Shown: piece after piece, positions 20,180 through 29,168 of the stretch
Layout: every line of letters starts with the position of its first letter
How positions within the stretch are numbered: position 1 is the stretch's first letter
Made by a program: the position numbers and the translations under genes
DNA from: Acidobacteriota bacterium
GTDB lineage: Bacteria; Acidobacteriota; UBA890; WLXD01
NCBI GenBank assembly: GCA_965248695.1
Contig: CBDFKD010000002.1
Span: 4,672,001 to 4,736,000, forward strand
Length of the DNA stretch: 64,000 nt
Direction of reading: 5' to 3'
The notes under the pieces: generated by a model
The model's input: only the letters and a program-made list of their open reading frames with translations
Told to the model about the DNA's origin: nothing
Database searches by the model: none

Positions 20180-20296
20180 CGCGCGATCTCTACGTAGATC
20201 AAGCGATGTCACTCGTGTCACAATCAGCCGAGGTGAGTGCGTACGTCGGCTCACCTCATGGGTCGCCGCATCGATAACCCCTTCTTGGGAGCACAC

Positions 20297-21973
20297 ATGC
20301 ACCGAGTCGCCGCACACGCGCTACTGCCGCTGCTTGTTCCGATGGTCCTGGCCGTCGCGCCGAGCGAGGGACTAGAGCAATCGTCCTTCGAGCCAGTCAG
20401 TGACGAAGCGCTCGTGAACCCACCCGACTCGGACTGGCTGAACTGGCGTCGCACCCTCGATGGATGGGGGTTCAGTCCTCTGGAGCAGGTCGATCGGGCC
20501 AACGTCGCCGATCTGAAGCTCGCGTGGTCGTGGGCGCTGGAGCCGGGCGTCTCACAGACCACGCCGCTGGTGTACCGGGGCGTGATGTACATCGCCAGCC
20601 CCGGTGGCGTCGTCCAATCGCTCGATGCGAGATCCGGAGACCTGCTCTGGGAGTACCGCCGCGAAACCGACGAGCCCCCTCGCGCGAGTGAGCAGATGCG
20701 CAGCCTCGCGATCTTCGAGGATCTGATCGTCCTCAATACGGACGATGCCCACGTCATCGCCATCGACGCCCGCACGGGCCAAGTACGCTGGGACACACCA
20801 ACGGCAGCGGAAGGTACGACGCGCAGATTCACGAGCGGTCCCATCGTCGCCGACGGAGTCATCATCGCCGGGCAGGCCAGTTGCAGGGCAGATCAGGGTG
20901 GGTGCGACATCGTGGGCCTGGAGGGGCGCACGGGCCGCGAGCTCTGGCGTACGTCCACGGTTCCGCGGCCCGGCGAGCCTGGTGGTGACACGTGGGGCGG
21001 CGTACCGATGGAGTCGCGCGCCGGTGGCGAGCCTTGGATGAGCGGGAGCTACGACCCCGACACGGGGTTGGCGTTTTGGGGCACGGCCCAGGCCAAGCCC
21101 TGGGCCCGTGCAGCACGCGGCACGGGAGATGGAATCGAGCTGTACACCAACTCGACGCTCGCGCTGGACGCACGCACCGGAGCCATCGAGTGGCACTACC
21201 AGCACATCCCCGCCGAGTCGCACGATATGGATGAGGCGTACGAGCGTATCCTGATCGACTACGACGGCAAGAGATCCGTCTTCACGATGGGAAAGCTCGG
21301 CATCCTTTGGGAGCTCAACAGAGATACTGGCACGTTCGTCCGGGCCGTCGATCTCGGGTATCAGACGCTTGTCGACGTGGACCCCGAGATCGGGCGAGTG
21401 ACCTACCGGCCGGGCGTCCTGGAGCTCGAACAGTCGTTCTACTTCTGTCCGAACACCGGAGGGTTCAGGAGCTTCCGCACCCTCGCGTACCATCCGCAGG
21501 TGAAAGCCTTCTACGTACCGCTCAACCTCACCTGCGAGACGGGCGCCTTCGTTGCGGCCGGGGGCGTGCGTGATCGGATCAACCACTTCCACCCCAAGAG
21601 CCCCGACAAAACGGGGGAGTTCATGGCACTGGACCTCCGTACCGGGGAGCCCCGGTGGAGCCAAAGACGTCGCGCACCGTACAACACCTCCGCTCTCACG
21701 ACGGAGGGAGGCCTTGTGTTCGTCGGCGCATGGGATCGGTACGTCTTCGCGTACGACGCGGCCACCGGCGATGAGCTCTGGCGGTCCAGGCTACCCACGA
21801 TGGCGAACGGGTCACCCATCACGTATTCGGTAGACGGCCAGCAGTACATCGCCTTCGTGGCGGGGCGCGGCATTCCCGGATCGAGCTGGACGACGATCGT
21901 TCCCTCTGACTTGTTTCCGGAGATCCGGAACCCCAACCACGGAAACGGCGTCTTCGTCTTCTCGCTGCCCTGA
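20297..21973 (+). CDS. PQQ-dependent alcohol dehydrogenase-like quinoprotein
   Basis: DWLNWRRT..GFSPL.Q, QTTPLV, GSYDPDTG, WHYQHIP, PITYSVDGQQYIA. Confidence 0.82.
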   Translation: MHRVAAHALLPLLVPMVLAVAPSEGLEQSSFEPVSDEALVNPPDSDWLNWRRTLDGWGFSPLEQVDRANVADLKLAWSWALEPGVSQTTPLVYRGVMYIASPGGVVQSLDARSGDLLWEYRRETDEPPRASEQMRSLAIFEDLIVLNTDDAHVIAIDARTGQVRWDTPTAAEGTTRRFTSGPIVADGVIIAGQASCRADQGGCDIVGLEGRTGRELWRTSTVPRPGEPGGDTWGGVPMESRAGGEPWMSGSYDPDTGLAFWGTAQAKPWARAARGTGDGIELYTNSTLALDARTGAIEWHYQHIPAESHDMDEAYERILIDYDGKRSVFTMGKLGILWELNRDTGTFVRAVDLGYQTLVDVDPEIGRVTYRPGVLELEQSFYFCPNTGGFRSFRTLAYHPQVKAFYVPLNLTCETGAFVAAGGVRDRINHFHPKSPDKTGEFMALDLRTGEPRWSQRRRAPYNTSALTTEGGLVFVGAWDRYVFAYDAATGDELWRSRLPTMANGSPITYSVDGQQYIAFVAGRGIPGSSWTTIVPSDLFPEIRNPNHGNGVFVFSLP

Positions 21974-22037
21974 TCGCCGATAGCCGAGGCCCAGGAAGGC
22001 GTCCCGTCACAGAATCGGGTACGTCGTCGCTACTTGC

Positions 22038-22820
22038 CTACGGCTGAGGATTCGTCTCCGAGCGCGGCTCTTGATCGAAGATGATCCAGAACTTCCGCAG
22101 GGTACCGGACGACCACTTGTGCGTGGCTCCCTTCGGAATGAGCACGGCATCTCCAGCCCCGAACGTATGCTCGCTTCCGTCCGGCTGGGTCAGCGTCACG
22201 TTTCCGCTGAGGAAGACCATGACCTCGGAGAACTCCGGCGTGTAGAACTCGGTGTCCGTTAGCGGGGCGGTCTCCCAGACTCCGACGGACGAGCGGTTCG
22301 GCCCGCTGAAGTAGGTGTGCGACTTGGTGGAACCCTCCCCGGTCAAGCCATCGGCACCACCGCTCGGATCGAGGCGGATGAAGGTCGGGGGCTCCCCATC
22401 GGCTGAAGACTCCTCGTCCGACTCCTCCACGTCGAAGATGACGTAGTACTCACGCATCCTCTCGTCCTGCTCCCACGTGACTTCCGTGCCTCTCGGAAGC
22501 AGGACCGCCTCGCCGGGGCGGAACGTCTCCTTGCGGCCACGTGCGTCGGTGAGCATCAGGGAGCCCTCTAGCACGTAGACGAACTCCGTATACTGGAGCG
22601 TATACGACGGTCCAGGCGGGATGGCCTCCGATTCCCAGACGGCGACCCGCTCGTTGCCGTCCGATCGGAAGAAGGTGTGCGACCGCGAGTTGCCTTCTCC
22701 AGTCAAGCCCACACCCGGCTCTCCGTCGGGGCTCAGTGGAATGATGGCGGTATGGGTTTGCACGCTCGCGCTGCCCGCCCAAGTCGCGAACAACAGGATC
22801 AGTCCCCATAGGCCTTTCAT
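22038..22820 (-). CDS. Secreted tandem cupin (DUF861/EutQ-like) protein
   Basis: Signal peptide; two repeats of xVWE...E....L.G...L....G....F..G.AVL.P.G....W. Confidence 0.72.
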   Translation of the reverse strand: MKGLWGLILLFATWAGSASVQTHTAIIPLSPDGEPGVGLTGEGNSRSHTFFRSDGNERVAVWESEAIPPGPSYTLQYTEFVYVLEGSLMLTDARGRKETFRPGEAVLLPRGTEVTWEQDERMREYYVIFDVEESDEESSADGEPPTFIRLDPSGGADGLTGEGSTKSHTYFSGPNRSSVGVWETAPLTDTEFYTPEFSEVMVFLSGNVTLTQPDGSEHTFGAGDAVLIPKGATHKWSSGTLRKFWIIFDQEPRSETNPQP

Positions 22821-23020
22821 CGTCCAACCTCAGCGTTGAGAAGCTGTGGACCCGCTCGAGCCGCCACGGGGACCCTCGACGGGCGGACCGGGCGGTGCGG
22901 ATGGGATGTCAGCCATGAGCTCCTGCTCACGAAAGCCGATCCCAATTACCGAGCAACCTAGTCTAGGGCCACGCCACGGGACCGCGCCAGGGGCACTTGC
23001 CAGAGCCACGTGCCAGGAGG

Positions 23021-25090
23021 TCACCGAGAACCGAGCTCGACTCCCATCAGCCAGTTCCAGTGGGTCGTGGCGCGGGCCTCCACGACATCGACGTCCCTCC
23101 GAAGCAAGAATCCCTCGTCCACGAGGTCCTCGGCCGCTTCGCTGACTCTTGCCAGGAACTCGGCCGCCGAACCGTAGAGCGCCTCCAGGGAAGGCCGTGG
23201 GTCGCCGGTCGCACGCCGCGCCGCCTCCGTGCGGGGGAGCGGGATGTAACTCCCGATGTAGCTGTCGAGGACTTGGGGCCGGCCAGGTCCCTGATTCCAC
23301 GGACCCCCGCGGAGAAGCCACGGCGTGTAGGTGGCGAGCGGCGCACGAAGCTCGTAGGGGCGGATACCGCCTCGGGTGTTGCCCAACTCGTCGACCTGCG
23401 GTACCAGGGACGGAAACGAGGGGCCGAGCATCGGCGGCTGATTCGTGACCACACCTTCCGACTCGAACCTTGGCCCGTAATCCGTACGGTACGCCACATG
23501 CGGCGTGCCGCCCGGTCCCCGCACGCCGGGGATCGACGGGAAGGCCAGCTCTGGGGGATGCACGAGCGTTCCATCGGCGACGTGAGGATACGTGCTCAGG
23601 GGCGGATCGACACCCCGGTCCACCCACTCCACCAACCGCTGCGTCAAGGCTCGGAGGGTGAGCCGGAAGTCCACCGGGTTCCCGCGGTACGCGGGCGTGT
23701 TCGCGATTCGGTACTCGTGGGATGGTTCGAGCCAGGTGATCATGTGCTGCCCACCGGCGAGCAGATAGATCCGCTCGTTCGGATGCAAGGGCACATCCCG
23801 CGCGCCATCCGCCGAGGTGTGGATCAGCGACGCGGCGCGCCCCCAGTACTCGTAGTCGGCGTTGGTCTGGAAGATCAGGGGCACATGGTCATCGCTCTGC
23901 TGGCTAAGCAGCCCGCCCCGCGAACCATCGAGCGGATCCTCCTGATCCAGGCTCGTGAAGGGGAACACGTCGCTCGGATAGAAAAATGCCGAGTAGGGAT
24001 GTCCATCCCTGGAAGGCTGCGCGAAGCGATGGTTGAAGCTGCCTCGTCCGGCTCCGGCGACCTGGATGAGCATCCCGTCGTAGGCCTTCCGGCCACGTTC
24101 GTCCGTGTTCAACCCCTGGTAGAGGAAGTGCCTCAGGAACCGCCCCGTCTGGGAGAAGCCGAATGCGATTCCGCGTTCGACGGGAAAGAGCGCCTCCGGA
24201 TCGTACTTCGCGTAGGAAATGACATCTCGCACCGCCGCGAGACCCACGCCCACGACGTATGGGTCCTGCGCCTCGTACACCAGCTCGTAGATCTTCCCCG
24301 CCTGGAAACCACCCTCCAGTCGAATCGCACCGAGCTTCTCCTGGCTCGGGAGACGAATGAACTCCCAGCTCTGTCGGGGGAGCACCTGCCGGGCGCCCTC
24401 CCGGCTTTCCCTGACGGTCAGAACGTCGCCGGCTCTGCCGGGCGCGACCGGAGGATAGGCCCTGGGGCGGTTCATGTGCCCGAGCAGCAGGACGTCTTCA
24501 CTCCGATCCAGCGTCCAGTCCGCGCGTGCCAAACCCCGGACCGTCTCCGTGCCATCCCGGGCGAAAGGAGCACGCAGTCCAAGAGCGTGCCCCTCTTCGG
24601 GGATGTCGTACTGCCATCCAATGATCACGATCGTGAGCCCGAGGTCCATCAGCAAGCCGTCGCCGAAGTGTTCGGGGGCCCATGGGTCGGGCTCGCGAGT
24701 ATCCGCCAAGTTGAGGTACTGGAAGGCGGCCAGTCGTCCCCGGTTGCTGACCTCCACCAGGCCAATGCCTCGCCTCCGGGCCGGGTCCTTCGGCTGGAAC
24801 GCGCGAAAATCCGCCCACACTTCCACGAGACTGTCAGCGTTCCGAGGCGCCAGCTCCAGATCGACGATGGCTCGATTCTGCGGATTGGCGGGATCGAAGG
24901 CGAAGAGGATCCGGCCCACGAGCATCTCGTAAGCCCCCGCTTGTCCGAAGGCTCGTCCGCCCAGGATGTCCACGCCCCGATCCACGATCACGCTCACCAC
25001 GCTTCCCTGAACAGGCTGGCAATCGGCCAGGAGGAGCGCCGTCACGATGGCTACGGGCAGGAAACTCTCTCTGAGAAGGCGGTGGGTCAT
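23021..25090 (-). CDS. Alpha/beta hydrolase domain-containing protein (secreted)
   Basis: DPANPQN..IVDLELAP, GLAAVRD, GFSQTGRFLR, EYWGRAASL, GDPRPSLE. Confidence 0.75.
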   Translation of the reverse strand: MTHRLLRESFLPVAIVTALLLADCQPVQGSVVSVIVDRGVDILGGRAFGQAGAYEMLVGRILFAFDPANPQNRAIVDLELAPRNADSLVEVWADFRAFQPKDPARRRGIGLVEVSNRGRLAAFQYLNLADTREPDPWAPEHFGDGLLMDLGLTIVIIGWQYDIPEEGHALGLRAPFARDGTETVRGLARADWTLDRSEDVLLLGHMNRPRAYPPVAPGRAGDVLTVRESREGARQVLPRQSWEFIRLPSQEKLGAIRLEGGFQAGKIYELVYEAQDPYVVGVGLAAVRDVISYAKYDPEALFPVERGIAFGFSQTGRFLRHFLYQGLNTDERGRKAYDGMLIQVAGAGRGSFNHRFAQPSRDGHPYSAFFYPSDVFPFTSLDQEDPLDGSRGGLLSQQSDDHVPLIFQTNADYEYWGRAASLIHTSADGARDVPLHPNERIYLLAGGQHMITWLEPSHEYRIANTPAYRGNPVDFRLTLRALTQRLVEWVDRGVDPPLSTYPHVADGTLVHPPELAFPSIPGVRGPGGTPHVAYRTDYGPRFESEGVVTNQPPMLGPSFPSLVPQVDELGNTRGGIRPYELRAPLATYTPWLLRGGPWNQGPGRPQVLDSYIGSYIPLPRTEAARRATGDPRPSLEALYGSAAEFLARVSEAAEDLVDEGFLLRRDVDVVEARATTHWNWLMGVELGSR

Positions 25091-25166
25091 GTAGGCTCTC
25101 TGGCTGTTCCGCTGCATTGTGTCGCGAACGCAGGCAACCCACCAGCACCGCCGGTCTGAGGTTCAC

Positions 25167-27086
25167 ATGAGGGATCGAGATCTTGAACTCGGGATGCGCC
25201 GGGAAATTAGCCGTCGCGACTTTGTCTCCGGCATCGGCGTTGCGCTGAGCGGCAGTCTCACGCTCCCATGGGCGCAGACGGATGCGTTGGCGAGCCCTGA
25301 GGCCCCGGGAGGGGTCTCGCAGGCGCTCGCCGACACGTATCCACCCATCCGCACCGGGTTGCGCGGCAGCCACGCCGGCTCCTACGAGGTTGCCCACCAG
25401 CTTGTCCAGGGCATGCGCTGGGACAACGCGGAGGACACGGGTGAGCTCTACGATCTGGTCGTGGTTGGCGGTGGCCTCAGCGGCCTCGCGGCGGCGTGGT
25501 TCTATCAGGAGGCTGTTCCCGGCGCCCGCATCCTGATTCTCGATAACCACGACGATTTCGGCGGTCATGCCAAGCGCAACGAGTTCCGGCTCGACGGTCG
25601 GATGTTCCTGTCGAATGGCGGCACGGTCTTTGTCCAAGACCTGAACGAGTACGGTGAAGGAGCCCAGCGCCTGATCCGCGGGATTGGCATCGACGTAGGC
25701 CGCTACTCCGAATTCCTCGATAGAGATCTGTACAGCTCGCACGGCCTGCGCAGATCGGTCTTCTTCGACCGCGAAACGTTCGGCTCCGATCGGCTGCTGG
25801 TGGGCGAAGGCAGGCCCTCCTGGCGCGAGTTCCTGGCGCGCGCACCCCTGTCCGAAACGGCACGCGATGAGCTTGTAAGACTCCACGAGCCGGACATCGA
25901 CTACCTGGCGCACTTCAGCTCGGAGGAAAAGGTCGAGCTTCTTCGCAGCATGAGCTACGAGGACTTCCTCTTGAAGGTAGCCAAGGTGGGTCGCGAGGCA
26001 ATCTCCTTCCTCGAGACCTCCGGCGGTTGGACCATCGGCCTCGACGGCGTCCCCGCCGGGCTCGTCGCCGGCAACTGGCCTGGGACCACCGGGCTGGGGC
26101 TCGGCGACGATGATGATGATGATGCTGATAACCGCGAGGAGCGTGCTTTCTTCCAGTTTCCGGATGGCAACGCGTCGATCGCGCGTCTGATCGTCCGGTC
26201 GCTGATCCCAGAGGTCGCTCCCGGCAGCACGATGGAAGACATCGTCGACGCTCCGTTCGACTATGGCAAGCTCGATCGGAAGGGCTCGGCTGTCCGCGTG
26301 CGTCTGGAGAGCACGGCGGTACGAGTAGGCCATCGCGGCGATCGGCGAACGGCCGAAGAAGTCGATGTCACCTACGTCCGCCACGGCCACGCCCGGCGAG
26401 TGCGCGCCGGTCGTTGCGTGCTTGCCTGCTACAACGCCGTTATTCCTTCGATTTGTGAGGAACTGCCGGATCCGCAAAAACACGCGCTATCGAACGCACT
26501 CAAGTCGCCCCTTATCTACACCAACGTCCTGATCCGCAACTGGACCGCCTTCGCCAAGCTCGGTGCGAGCAGGGTTCGCTGCCCGGGCAGCTACTTCGAG
26601 AGCGTCAATGTGCAGCGCCCGATCAGCATTGGGAGCTACCGACACGCGAGCACGCCTGACGAGCCTATGGTCGTGCGTATGTCCCGCATTCCCCTGGCGC
26701 CGGAGGCCCGCGGGCGGTCCGTGCCTGAACAGTGGAAGGCCGCGCGCCGGGGTCTTCTGGCGACGACGTTCGAGACCTTCGAGCGCAAGGTCAGGGATCA
26801 GCTCGGCCGGATACTGTCCGCCGGCGGCTTCGACCCGGCGCGCGACATCGCGGCGATAACCGTGAATCGCTGGCCACACGGCTATGCCTACGGCCAAGAT
26901 CCGAAGACGGGTGAGGTCGCGTGGAGCCCCGATGATCTGCCGCCCGAGCGTTGTCCGTGGCTCGTCGCGCGCCAACCTTTTGGCCGGATCGCAATCGCCA
27001 ACTCCGACGCGGGCGCGTGGGCCATGACCGAGGTCGCCATTGGTGAGGCGCATCGGGCGGTGACGGACTTGTTGCCGACAACGTGA
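25167..27086 (+). CDS. Spermidine dehydrogenase-like flavoprotein, Tat signal
   Basis: SRRDFVSG; YPP..TGLRGSH.GS; VGGGLSGL; LDNHDDFGGHAKRNEF; FPDGNAS; VNRWPHGYAY. Confidence 0.8.
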   Translation: MRDRDLELGMRREISRRDFVSGIGVALSGSLTLPWAQTDALASPEAPGGVSQALADTYPPIRTGLRGSHAGSYEVAHQLVQGMRWDNAEDTGELYDLVVVGGGLSGLAAAWFYQEAVPGARILILDNHDDFGGHAKRNEFRLDGRMFLSNGGTVFVQDLNEYGEGAQRLIRGIGIDVGRYSEFLDRDLYSSHGLRRSVFFDRETFGSDRLLVGEGRPSWREFLARAPLSETARDELVRLHEPDIDYLAHFSSEEKVELLRSMSYEDFLLKVAKVGREAISFLETSGGWTIGLDGVPAGLVAGNWPGTTGLGLGDDDDDDADNREERAFFQFPDGNASIARLIVRSLIPEVAPGSTMEDIVDAPFDYGKLDRKGSAVRVRLESTAVRVGHRGDRRTAEEVDVTYVRHGHARRVRAGRCVLACYNAVIPSICEELPDPQKHALSNALKSPLIYTNVLIRNWTAFAKLGASRVRCPGSYFESVNVQRPISIGSYRHASTPDEPMVVRMSRIPLAPEARGRSVPEQWKAARRGLLATTFETFERKVRDQLGRILSAGGFDPARDIAAITVNRWPHGYAYGQDPKTGEVAWSPDDLPPERCPWLVARQPFGRIAIANSDAGAWAMTEVAIGEAHRAVTDLLPTT

Positions 27087-27364
27087 GCCCTCGTGAGCGG
27101 GTCACTGCCATCGATGTGTAGGTGGCGGAATCACGTCGGTATATACACTCGTAGAAACGGCTCTCGCCGCATATTGCCGCACCGAGCGCTTCTCTCATTG
27201 CGTTTCCTGACGAATTCGCACGCAATGCCGACAACTATGGTGAACGCGTCGAACTCAAACCCGAAAAAGCCTGCATGCGCATACGATATAAGCGAACTTG
27301 GTTTCGCCCAGGCAGACTGCACCCCCGACGACGACTTGCCCGACACCCTGAAAGCGAGCGCAAA

Positions 27365-29092
27365 GTGCCGCAGACTTTCCGCACCATCGTCCCGCGCGCC
27401 ATCATCGTCGCTCTTGTATCGATCGCGAGCACGGTCGCCGCACCTGCCTCTCGAGCCACCGACGCCGACACCTCCGTGCACGTCGAGACACCCCTTGGCG
27501 CCTTCGATATCCGGCTGTTCCCGGGTAGCGCTCCGATCACGGTCGCGAACTTCCTCGAGTACGTGAACGACGGAGACTACGAGAACTCCTTCGTCCACCG
27601 GAAGGTGTCCGGGTTCGTGATCCAGGGTGGTGGGTTTGTCTTCAACAACAACGCCACGATCAGCGTAGTGCGAGCCAGGGCGCCGATCCCGAACGAGTTC
27701 AGCCTCTCCAACCTGCGCGGAACGATCGCGATGGCGAAGGTGGGCGGTGACCCGAACAGCGCCACAAGCCAGTGGTTCATCAACCTCTCTGACAACGGCG
27801 ACACGCTCGATTCAGACAACGGTGGGTACGCGGTCTTCGGTGAGGTCGTGGGCGACGGCATGTCAGTGGTCGACGCGATGGCCGCGGCACCGACCTTCCC
27901 GTTCGGCGAGGGACTAACGGCCGTACCGCTTATCAATTACACGTCCTCAGACCCACCCGTGCGCGAGAACATGATACTGACGATGTTCACCGACACGTCG
28001 AGCCCGGACCTCGGGTCGATCAAGCCCGTCCTACTGCGGAACGCGCGCACCCGCCGTTGGCGATCGTACCGGCTCCGATTCGAGCGCGATGCGGTAAGGA
28101 TCACGCAGAAGGGCCCGGTTGGCCTGACCCGTAACGCGGCCTTCGAGGTCGTCTCCCGAGGCGACTTCGACGGCGATCTCGAGCCGGACGTCCTACTTCG
28201 CGATACGGGTGGAGCACGCCGGCGGCAGGCGCGCGGGTCGGCCGCGGCCAGTGGCTGGCTCCTGGCGACCCTGGTAGGGAAGAAGATGACCTCGAACGGT
28301 GCCGTCGATTTGACCACCGACCCCGAGTTCGAGGTCGTCTCGACTGCGGACTTCAACCGCGACGGGAAAGCGGATGTGCTGTTGCGCAATCCGGTCGACG
28401 ACAGCTGGCTGCTATATCGACTTGCAGGACAGACGGTGCTGTCGGAGCTGCGCCTCTCCCTCGGCACACAACCTACCGACAGGCTCGTGAGCACGGCCGA
28501 CTTCAATGCCGACGGTCGCGCCGACTTCCTCCTGCAGCGAGCCGACGGCACGTGGCTGCTGAACGCAAGCACCACGACCGGCGGCTACCAGTCCGCCGAA
28601 CCAAAGATCGACCCGAGCGCGAAGTACACGGTCCAGGCCGTAGCCGACTTCGACGGCGACGACTTCACCGACGTGCTGATGCGCGAAGACAAAGGCGGCT
28701 GGTCGATGTACCTGCTCGATGGTGCGGGCGTTCGCAAGAAGGCCACGCCCCGTATGTCGAAGGACACAGACTACAGACTCGAATCCCACGCCGACTTCAA
28801 CGGCGACGGCAACGCCGACGTGTTGCTTCGCCACGCTGACGGGAGCTGGTACCTGTACTCGCTCGACGGCCGCAAGATCCTGAGCGAGGGGAGCCTCGAG
28901 ATGAGCGCCGACCCAGAGTTCGAGGTCGCCTCGATCACCGATTTCAACGGCGATCGCAAGGCCGATGTGCTCGCGCGTCACGCCAAGGGCAACTGGATGC
29001 TCTACATTCTGGATGGTGACGGACCGTCGGTGATTGCCTCCGGCGCCGCACCTTTACCGAAGAGTAACAACTGGGTGTTGCAGCCCGACTAG
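27365..29092 (+). CDS. Secreted cyclophilin-type PPIase fused to six FG-GAP/VCBS repeats
   Basis: APITVANFL.Y, HR...FVIQGGG, RGTIAMAK..PNSATSQWFINL; six DF(N/D)xDxxxDxL repeats. Confidence 0.82.
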   Translation: MPQTFRTIVPRAIIVALVSIASTVAAPASRATDADTSVHVETPLGAFDIRLFPGSAPITVANFLEYVNDGDYENSFVHRKVSGFVIQGGGFVFNNNATISVVRARAPIPNEFSLSNLRGTIAMAKVGGDPNSATSQWFINLSDNGDTLDSDNGGYAVFGEVVGDGMSVVDAMAAAPTFPFGEGLTAVPLINYTSSDPPVRENMILTMFTDTSSPDLGSIKPVLLRNARTRRWRSYRLRFERDAVRITQKGPVGLTRNAAFEVVSRGDFDGDLEPDVLLRDTGGARRRQARGSAAASGWLLATLVGKKMTSNGAVDLTTDPEFEVVSTADFNRDGKADVLLRNPVDDSWLLYRLAGQTVLSELRLSLGTQPTDRLVSTADFNADGRADFLLQRADGTWLLNASTTTGGYQSAEPKIDPSAKYTVQAVADFDGDDFTDVLMREDKGGWSMYLLDGAGVRKKATPRMSKDTDYRLESHADFNGDGNADVLLRHADGSWYLYSLDGRKILSEGSLEMSADPEFEVASITDFNGDRKADVLARHAKGNWMLYILDGDGPSVIASGAAPLPKSNNWVLQPD

Positions 29093-29168
29093 GCGGCGCA
29101 TCGAGGAAGCAGGATTCCCAGTAGCAGGAATGGCGCGAGTCGCCGGCGTCGTTTCATGGGATGAACGG

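Noticed and set aside
22830-22916. 28-aa ORF with RBS upstream of the cupin gene
   Set aside because: Low-complexity peptide with no supporting motif
22997-25159. Long antisense ORFs (also 24834-26483, 32272-34014, 54567-56207, 1502-2602)
   Set aside because: Shadow frames of high-GC genes with no recognisable motifs
26104-26130. GAT run in spermidine dehydrogenase as phase-variation tract
   Set aside because: Triplet repeat keeps frame and encodes a short acidic linker
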